NCBI GenBank assembly: GCA_964016885.1
Contig: OZ024742.1
Span: 151,652,001 to 151,716,000 of the forward strand
Length of the DNA stretch: 64,000 bases
Source of the DNA: Eledone cirrhosa
Lineage: Eukaryota
Direction: 5' to 3'
Shown here: positions 54,139 to 64,000 of the stretch, in pieces
Layout of the letters: each line of letters starts with the position of its first letter
Numbering within the stretch: position 1 is the first letter of the stretch
Notes under the pieces: model-generated
What the model was told of the DNA's origin: nothing
Database searches by the model: none
The model's input: the letters and a program-made list of their open reading frames with translations, nothing else
Position numbers and translations under genes: made by a program

Positions 54139-56178
54139 TTATACTTCTCTTAGGTCAGTGTTGTTTGTTTGGGTGTTGTTGTTATTCTATTCATTCTTTC
54201 TGTTTAGCCTTGGCCTTCTAAGTTCTATTTCACTGACCTCTCTGATTTGCCTATCTGCTGGGTCATTTCAATGTTTAGATATTATTCTAATTTCTATGTT
54301 GTCTATGTTACCGTCGTGTTGTTGTCTGGTATGTTCGTATAGTACTGAGCCGTTTTTTCGTCCTTTTAGTTCCCCCCAGTGTTGGTCTATCCTTTCACCT
54401 ATGCTACGAGCTGTCTCGCCTATGTATGTTGTTGTCATGTTTCTGCAAGTACCCTCTGTACATCTTATGCTATAGACTACGTTTCTAGTTTTTCAGTTTA
54501 TCCGGGGGTTTACCTTACATATGATACATTTCATATTAGTACAGTGGGTTTTCTTAAAAGGGTAGGTTTTGCTGATCAGGGATTTTATGGTGGTTCCTGG
54601 CTTTTCTACCACCTTAATCTTTAAGTGGGTCTTTCTCAGGGCCTTTCTACACTGGTTTGCTAATTTCCCTCCAAGGGTAGCGTCCGCAAACATGACACTC
54701 TGGTATCTCTGGTTGTCGTACCATGAGGTGGCTTTCCCTATCTTATGTCTAGCCCTATGTAAGCTATTCCATGATTTGCTCCTGTATAATGGGCAAATTC
54801 CTTTCATGTCCAGTTCTATGAGGGTCTTATACTTCTCCATGGCTCCTTCGTATACTCTGACTCTGTCTCTTTGGTTGTAGCCAGAGAACTGCATGCGGTT
54901 GATGAAGTGTTGGATGTGTCTTTCCATTTTTATTGGGTCGCACATGCGGGACACATTCTTCATAACTCGTACCAAATCTGCGATCAGAATATTAAACTTA
55001 GCACTACTGGACATTGCTGAGTTTTTGAGTATCAGGTATTTGGAGGCCATGGGTTTAGCATAGTGTGAGTGGAGAATTTGGGCTATTTCGTCTATAGTGT
55101 TAATCCAGAGTTCCGTGTCTAATACAGGTAGTCTATTGTTGGGGTGTTTGGAAGGGTAGTCGATAGTTACAGTTATACTCTGGTGTATAGAATTAGCTAT
55201 CTGCTGGATGCTTTCCATTGTGCTACGTTCTAAATCAAACTTGTTAGTGCTCTCTTGTTGGGATGTTCTTATAACTATATTGATATCGTCTACGTAACGA
55301 GAGTACATGATGAGGTCTATGGAGCTCTCATTAAGGAGATATTTAAGTCTCCTTTCCAACCATACCATAAAAAGATTGGCAACATCACCAGCTATGTTGA
55401 CGCCAATGGCTGCTCCCTCATTTTGGGTGTAGATCTTCTCGTTGAACTTGAATCTGTGGCCCTTTAGGGTAGTTTTGATACTAGCCCCTATTGCATGTGC
55501 GACCATTTTTCTTACCTGATCATTGTTTTTTGGGGGTCCGTATAGCTTTGGTCCACCCAATCCACCTTCCCATGGGAGTCTTTTTTGCCATTGAGGTTAT
55601 GGTGGGGTGTCTACCTCTTATGGGTCTACTAGGGAAGAAACGTCATGGCCGTCTAGGTAGTCAGTGTCGTAGGTAAGTCTAAGTAGGAGGCCCAGTTCGT
55701 CTGTGTCGACGTCGCAGAACTCCACCTCACTCTCAATGATCATCTCCACACATTTTTCCACAGGAAAATCAATGTTAATGGATGGGTACAGTGATACCAC
55801 ATCCATGCTGCCTATTATGCAGTTGGATAGGTTCCTGTTTTTGTTGCACTCACTGATTCTGCTGAGGAGGTCCTCTGTACTGTCACATACATCTGGGGAC
55901 ATCTTGATTATGGGGCGTATAACCATTGAGAGGAAGTAGGAGATCCTGTAGTTGCTAGCTATATTTGCTCCGCATACGGGTCTTGTTGGTGGTCCTGTTG
56001 TCTGGTCGTCGACTGTCTTGTGGTCTTTGCGGAGCCCATACAAGGGTGGTATGCCATTGTTAGACGCCTGGAAGTTGTTGGCAGTGCGTCTGCTTGGCTT
56101 TAGGATGTCGGTCCACATCATCATGTGAGCGTTGAGGATTTTCTCTCTCCCATCATGTGTTTGCTGTGCAATTTCGCT
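54139..56178 (-). pseudogene. Penelope-type RT-GIY-YIG ORF with frameshift and in-frame TGA/TGA/TAG
   Basis: ORF pieces 55618..56178 and 54493..55560; the frame continues past TGA 54493-54495, TGA 54268-54270 and TAG 54187-54189 to TAA 54139-54141. Confidence 0.85.
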
Positions 56179-56828
56179 CAACAATAGACTACCTGTATTA
56201 GACACGGAATTCTGAATTAACACTATAGATGAGAGAACCAAATTCTCCACTCACACTATGCTAAACCCATGGCCTCCAAATACCTGATACTCAAAAACTC
56301 AGCAATGTCCAGTAGTGCTAAGTTTAATATTCTGATCGCAGAATTGGTACGAGTGATGAAGAATGTGTCCCGCATGTGCGACCCAACAGAAATGGAAAGA
56401 CACATCCAACACTTCATCAATCGCATGCAGTTCTCTTGCTACAACCAAAGAGACATAGTCAGAGTAAACGAAGGAGCCATGGAGAAGTATAAGACCCTCA
56501 TAGAACTGGACATGAAAGGAATTTGCCCATTATACAGGAGTAAATCATGGAATAGCTTAGATAGGGCTAGACATAAGATAGGGAAAGCCACCTCATGGTA
56601 CGACAACCAGAGATACCAGAGTGTCATGTTTGTGGACGCTACCCCTGGAGGGAAATAAATTAGATTACCGATATAAAAGACACAAAAGCGAAAACCAACC
56701 AAACAGTGAGTGTGTTCTGTTATTAATTCTGGCAATATTACACAAATATGACCTTCCCCAAGTATAATAATATTTGTTTCGACACACGATTTCATATAAA
56801 AAACCTCGCAAAACTAATTCATCGCAGT

Positions 56829-56884
<56 letters not shown>

Positions 56885-56944
56885 TGTATACACTTACGAC
56901 TCACGCGCGCACGCACACACACACAAACACACGCACACACACAC

Positions 56945-56986
<42 letters not shown>

Positions 56987-57356
56987 ACATATATATATAT
57001 ATATATATATGACACACGCACATACTGACATGCCAGGGAGTACGGAAATCCGTGCTCGAACAAAACCTCCCACACTTATATGTCGATATACATCTTCATA
57101 CAGGAAAGCCCACATTACACCCTCACCTCTGCGCTCTCTTTATACATTGTCCCATGATATAAAGATAGCTTAACATGTTATGAACAAAATTAAGCATTAA
57201 ACTCAGAGATACGAACATATCGCGATAAATGAGGAATAATATAGGAGAAGGTAACCAACAGCATATCGCCCTTGGAAAAGTCACAAGCTGTGATGAATGA
57301 ATTTTACGGAACTACAATAATCAGCCAATTTAACTATATATTATTTAATTATCTAA

Positions 57357-57576
57357 AGGGCGGTGGAATGGCAGTATCGGTAGAGCGTGGGAAATCCTGA
57401 TTCGTGACAGAGAATTACGGCCGTTTACGTTCTGAGTTGAAACCCCGCCGAGGTTAGCTTTGTCTTTCATCCATACGGGGTCGATAAAATAAAATACAAG
57501 TAACATACTGGAGTCGATTTAATCGATTTTCCCCGCCTCTTCAAATTGATGGCCTTGTGCCTAAATCAGAAACAAT
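57357..57576 (+). mobile_element. tRNA-headed SINE with target-site duplication; second diverged SINE follows (~57593-57790)
   Basis: Family match; attattta(a/g)ttatctaa on both flanks. Confidence 0.85.
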
Positions 57577-58512
57577 TATTTAGTTATCTAAGACCAGTGT
57601 AGATGCAGTGTCAAGAGAGCGTAGGACAAAATATATTTACGACCCTTTAATTTCTGAGTTCAAATCCTACTGAAGTCAACTTTGTCTTCCATCCTTCCTG
57701 TTGGAGAAAATATAGTACTAGTCAATGACTGGGTCGATTTAATCGACTTACTTTCCCCGCTAACTGCATGCCTTATGCATCCATTGGAAACTTACTCATC
57801 GGAATTTAGCTAATTATCAAAACATTTGAAGATAAAAAGTGAAATGAAATGCAGCCAGTATGTCTGTTTTATTAGAAGCATGACGTAATATTTTATAACG
57901 GGTTTTTCATTACAGGGAGGTAATCGTACATTAGGTTTTGTAGGTCTTTTGGGACTGTTGAGCAGAAAGAATGAGGAAACTTCAAAAACGTCCGCATGTA
58001 TCAGTTTCATAAGCTAACTGTTATAGATCGCTGATAATGATTGTTTTTATCGAAACTACTTTTCAAAGAATAATTTTAGAAAATTATAATTTTGTAAAAT
58101 ATATTATTTATGAGTTTGTTTCATGTAATATCTTCTTTCACATGTATTTTGTTTATTTAAACTATGTCTTGTTTACACAAATCCCCCCCTCCCCAAAGTG
58201 TTGTGTATGTACCATGTTGTAGACATGATTAACTGACTGAACATTTTGTTTATCGAGCTACTTAATGTTCTCTTACTGCTTTTTAAATTACATTTTCGTA
58301 TGAAAACTCTATTTGTGTTTTATATTAGATATCATTCCATATTTAAAATTGTCTATAGTTAAAATTATTTTACAAGATAGAATTTTTATAAAATTATTCT
58401 ATGGAAAGTTATTCCGATGAAAAGTCGGTCAATGAAAAGACGTTCAATAAAAAGTAATTTCGATAAAAGGTCGTTTGATGAACAAAAAGTGATATCCCCC
58501 ACATTCCCCCAT

Positions 58513-58613
<101 letters not shown>

Positions 58614-58701
58614 GTTTTAATATAGATGAGGTTCTACAGGACTAGAACTGTTTCATTCTTAAGAAATCATATATTTATATATATATAAATATATTTATAT
58701 A

Positions 58702-58741
<40 letters not shown>

Positions 58742-59089
58742 TATATATAGTGGTGGGGAGTGGGATGGGTAGAGGTCATTGGTTGATAGAAAAGGGAATT
58801 CATTAAAAGCTATTTCTTTAAAGCTATAATTTATATTTAGAGTGACAAAGGCAGAAAGAATTCTATAAACAAGTTCAGAATGGGGTGCCACTCCTTATTT
58901 TTAAGTTTCTCTTAAGCAAACAATGCCTATATTTAAGGTGTCTATAAGGTGGTTGGGGGTCAGTCATGGTTGAAGGATTTAAAGAAAAGGGAAATTCTTT
59001 AAAAGCTAATTCTTTAAAGTTCTACTTAGAGTGACAAAAGCCGAAAGAATTCTATAAACCAGTTCAAAATATTGAGTGCCTATCATATC

Positions 59090-59248
59090 ATTATCTTCAA
59101 ATTTCTCTTAAACTATATTCCAGGTGTCAACAGACACATTCACAAACACACACATACACACACACACGCACCCCCCACATATATATATATATACATATAT
59201 ATACATATATATATATATATGCATATACACACATACATATACATATAC

Positions 59249-59321
<73 letters not shown>

Positions 59322-59352
59322 CATACACACACACATACATATATATATACAT

Positions 59353-59401
<49 letters not shown>

Positions 59402-59414
59402 CATATACATATAC

Positions 59415-59447
<33 letters not shown>

Positions 59448-59500
59448 TACACGCATAAATACATATACATACATATATACACACACATACACATATATAC

Positions 59501-59542
<42 letters not shown>

Positions 59543-59714
59543 ACACACACATATATATATATATGCACACACATACACACATACACACATATACACATAT
59601 ATACATATATATATATACATACATATACACATATATGCATATATACATATACATATACATACATATACACATATATATATACATACACATATACATACAT
59701 ATATACATACATAC

Positions 59715-59747
<33 letters not shown>

Positions 59748-59749
59748 TA
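59090..59749. repeat. Compound (TA)n/(CA)n microsatellite (representative of many in the window)
   Basis: Directly visible; similar tracts near 20610, 34917, 38710, 40760, 45180, 61487 and 62520. Confidence 0.95.
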
Positions 59750-61024
59750 TTGTGGCCTACTCCAGTGCCACGGAACACCCGCCAATCGCCTTACGGTCGA
59801 ACAACGAACTATCTTCATCTTACAGACCCACACTTCCCCCGGCCTGAACTCCCCACCCTTATTCCTTTAGCCTTCGACCGCCCCCCTCCCCCACACTTAT
59901 CCCCCACTAACACCACTAACACACCCCTCCTTTTCACCGCCCACCCCACAACTAACAATACTAACACCTCCACTCACCCCTCATCTGACCACCCTTCCCC
60001 AACTAACATACTAACATCCCTCCCCTCTTCTCCTCCCCCTCCTTATCACACGCACACACCCACTGGCACATATATACACGCGCTCACACTAAACACACAC
60101 CCTACTACCACCACTAACCCTCACCCCCACACCTCTCACCCCCACACCTCCATCCCACCACCCCGCAACTAATCTCACTAACACCCCCTAACACCAAGCA
60201 CACGAACACACGCACCCACTTACACCACCCACCCTAAACGCAACTACCCTCACTAACACCTCCCAACCCCACGCACACGTACCCACACACCCTCGTACAC
60301 CACCAACTCTACACACCCTACCACCATTAACTCCCACTCACACCTGCATTCAAACCCTCCCCACCTCCCGTATACTAACACCCACTAACACCTCTTCATC
60401 AAACTACACACACACCAGTACACCACACTCCTTCCATAGAACCACACACACCCTTCTCTCCCCGCTCCACCCATACCCTCGCTCCACACTCACTCATCCC
60501 ACTAACACCTCTACTAATACATACACACACACCCTCCTCACTCCAACTTTCACACCTACCCATCCTCGCCCCTTTACCATTCCACCGACTGCTGCTATGC
60601 CCTCTGACCACCTCCCAGCACAAACAGACACACAGCACTCCCACTGCTTGACCACTTCTTGTTACACGCGCACCCCACATCTCTCCTCTTCCGACCATCG
60701 CTTCATGGAATACCCACACGCAGAAATTGACCAACAACGAATCCACTAAACATCTTCGGAATTTATCTACTTTTCAACCATCCTCTTACGTAATCACCTA
60801 TATAACTCACCCACACACACACCCCAAACAAATTTTTTCTCCACACGCCACCTACACCCACAACACGCTTAAACCCCACACACACGTGCTTTCCACCACA
60901 TATTTACACCCTCAGCCTCCTGATTCCTCTCCCCCCACCCCTCTATCCACACACGCACAGACACTCCGACCCCCCCCACACACCTTTTCCTGAACATGCA
61001 ACCCCGTTCTTCCCCCAACCCTTA

Positions 61025-61061
<37 letters not shown>

Positions 61062-61485
61062 CTACACACACACACCACCTTCAGCCCTCCCCGCTCGGAC
61101 ACCCAGTCTCCCTCTCCCCACTCCACCCGCCACCACCCCTACACACCCCACACCCTTCCACCACCTGTTTTACCCCCCTTTTAATTTCAGTTTATTTTGA
61201 TCATGCCTTTACATTTAAATTTATCTCATTCCTTGTATTTTGATCATGCTTTATTTTTATTTTTATCTTTATTTTTTATTTTTTCATTCGCACCGTTTCC
61301 TTTCGCTATATGTCTCTTCACCACTCCCCTACACACCCTTTGAACTCTGTTCCCACACACTTCTCATCTGAGGAAGGGCTTATGCCCGAAACGTCGTCCT
61401 CCACCAACACCCCACTCTCCAGAGCGTGAAATTAATAAATATTCGTTGTACTGCCTCTCTGTTTTGTCCCTGTTCAAATTTTTCC
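59750..61485 (+). mobile_element. 5'-truncated Penelope-like element: GIY-YIG C-terminus, C/A-rich 3' region, terminal hammerhead
   Basis: [34 protein letters not shown] fits the R..EQ..IF.L.T..P.GLN ending of Penelope GIY-YIG domains; bounded by microsatellites. Confidence 0.7.
61366..61397 (+). ncRNA. Minimal Penelope-type hammerhead ribozyme
   Basis: CTGAGGA-a-gggc-ttat-gccc-GAAAC-GTC; stem I weak. Confidence 0.75.
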
Positions 61486-61589
<104 letters not shown>

Positions 61590-62143
61590 CACATACATAT
61601 ACATATACATACATAAACACACACACACACACATATATATATATACATATACATACACATATATACACATACACACACATACACACATATATACATATAT
61701 ATATATATATACACACATACATACACATATATACATACATACACACACACATATATATATATATATATTCCATTCATGATTATTTACATTTCTAATTTTA
61801 TTTATTCATTTCATCTCAATTGTTAAGTTAAATCAACAAGATATGACTTAGAGTTTTCGTCCTCTCCCCCTTGTCTCTGTCTCCTCTCTCTATCTATATC
61901 TTTCTCTCTCTCTGTTGTTTTGGTATCTCTCTCTCTTTTCTCTCTTTTTTCTTTCTTTCTCTCTTTTTTCTCTCTCTTCTTTTTTCCTTCTCTATAACCC
62001 AACGGCTTATTTTAAAAATAAAAATATCCAATACTAATAATAATATAAGTAAAGAACTCCACTATCCGGGAGCTTCCAACAGTAATGGTTGCATTTTTTA
62101 AGGGTATGTCAATATTTATTCATAAAAGTGATCTATATTATAG

Positions 62144-62203
62144 TTTGTCTGATGAAAGCACACCATAATTTAACTTGGTGTCCTTGAAATATGTATAATG
62201 AAA
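62144..62203 (+). ncRNA. Hammerhead motif with no visible associated ORF
   Basis: tttgt-CTGATGA-aag..acacca-loop-tggtgt..ctt-GAAA-tatgtata-atgaa; stem I pairs with G-U wobbles. Confidence 0.55.
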
Positions 62204-62279
62204 TAAATATGGTTTTATAAATATAGTTTCAATTTGTTAATATCGTATATATTCTTCAATATGTTATTCATTTGTTCTA

Positions 62280-62420
62280 TTACTGGCTTATGTCATTAGA
62301 CTGCGACAATGTTGCTGCACCGCCATGATTTAGTCAATCAACTCGACACCAGAACTCACTTTAAAGTACCAGTAATGCACTGGGTAATTATCTGCCTTGT
62401 GCCTAAAGTAGAAACAATTA
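62280..62420 (+). mobile_element. SINE fragment(s)
   Basis: aaagtaccagtaatgcactgggtaatt...ccttgtgcctaaagtagaaacaatt matches the SINE 3' end. Confidence 0.65.
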
Positions 62421-62520
62421 ATTTAAGCTTTGTCAATTCTCTGCGTTATGGGGAGATAAACAAAGACACAAACTTAAACACAGGCAAACGGATATATACA
62501 CACAACATATAAGCACGCAC

Positions 62521-62555
<35 letters not shown>

Positions 62556-62565
62556 CACACACACA

Positions 62566-62640
<75 letters not shown>

Positions 62641-62798
62641 TCATTTTATTAAGGTTAAATAGTGAGTTATCTGACAACCATATGAGAAGCAGTCGAAACA
62701 TCAAAGTAACAAAACTCACTTTTAGATATAATAAAATGACTATTTAAACTCTATTTCGGTATTGAGTATTCTTTTCTTTCGGCCGTCAACTACACACG

Positions 62799-62835
<37 letters not shown>

Positions 62836-63230
62836 TATATTAACAAATGGAAACTATATTTATAAAACCATATGTATTTCATTATACATATTTCAAGGGC
62901 CACAAGGGCAAACTATGGTGCGCTTTATCGACTGGTTTAAAGACATTAAATATAACTATAATAATAAATATAACCGCTACATATATATATATATTTACTC
63001 ATATTTCTACCAAAACACAGCCACCGAATCTGCTATTAACAGCTCTCTGAACAGCTGATTGCAGCTGCATTACTGCAATTCGGCAGATTTATTGAGTGAC
63101 CTAGACGTTTGCTGAAAAACGCTGACCTAATACCAGCGATCTTCGTTATATATATATATATATTATATATATTTATATATATATATATATATAGGAAAAG
63201 AGTCAGGTGAACTAACTGTTGTGGAACTAC

Positions 63231-63270
<40 letters not shown>

Positions 63271-64000
63271 GTTTATATATATATATAAAGTCATAAATAT
63301 ATATGTGTTTTGCAACGGGTCACTTTGTGGCTCAATGAAGAATTAATAAATTAAATAATCAGAGCTATATATCATAAAACATGTCTATAGAATAGCCAGA
63401 TAAAATATATACCGTTTCCTCTCCCAATTAGTATAATTAACCATATAAAAAATCAATTAGACCAAGCTATAAGAATAAAGGCTCCTATGAAGAAAACTCC
63501 GACAAATAACCGAAAGCAGCCCGTTCGCGGCGGTTACGACGGATTATTTATCGAATATTTTTACAGCATGTATAAATCGACCAGATATACAGTCAACTAA
63601 ACAGAATTATGTGTAAAATATACTAGAAGAAAGTGTACATATTTAATCACCTCTACCATGGTTTCATCCGCATTTTAAGATATCCGATAACATTGGAAAT
63701 CTAGAGCTTCGGATTCTTCAGGAAGTTAGCTCAAATTTAGACAATTAATTCTTTCGCTAATATAGAGGTTATCTCCCTTGCTGAGTACCATTTGCGTTTT
63801 TGGCTATAGGTCCCCTCTTTATTGTCGGACGAAAACCCGTTGAGAAAGCTGTTCCGCGTCCACCCCTTCTCTAGAAGTCTTATATATTTTTTTTCGTTCT
63901 TTTTCGGCTGCACGGGTGATTTTAGGCATAATCTCTATGTGCTGGTATTTAACGATGGTTATAGCTCTGATTTATCCAAATTATTGAGCCCTCTGCCACA

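Larger units (their letters stand above)
53636..56830 (-). mobile_element. Penelope-like element (Neptune-like) with 5' inverted, internally deleted segment
   Basis: Minus-strand RT (LYGLRKDHK, GSMDVVSLYPSI, GAAIG, RYVDD, LPVLD) and GIY-YIG (VVYSIRC...YIGETARS). 56179-56656 is an inverted copy of ~54663-55141; 56654-56764 is an inverted copy of ~53636-53752. (TA)n on both sides. Confidence 0.88.

Noticed and set aside
63485-63530. ATGAAGA...CGAAA hammerhead in the dispersed repeat
   Set aside because: Core is altered and no convincing stems are present in either copy.

Overview
Gene-free, repeat-saturated animal DNA. The SINE family and microsatellite load suggest an octopus-like cephalopod; this is inference from memory, not a search. 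No host exons, rRNA, true tRNA or CRISPR are supportable, and most short ORFs are microsatellite or antisense artefacts. 1-17.6 kb is a head-to-tail array of five Tx1-type (L1 clade) LINEs joined through (ATCT)n tails, including one intact full-length copy (~8012-13856). The rest holds RTE-derived non-autonomous elements arrayed in (ATGT)n, a decayed R4/Dong-like element, tRNA-headed SINEs, a 3.2-kb CAA-rich minisatellite, and at least five Penelope-like (GIY-YIG) elements or remnants. The main unexplained structure is a set of hammerhead-ribozyme motifs (CTGAnGA...GAAA). Several have very long stem II inserts, and several occur as outward-facing pairs (one per strand) in inverted repeats from ~130 bp to ~6.3 kb. 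All calls are by eye and boundaries are approximate.
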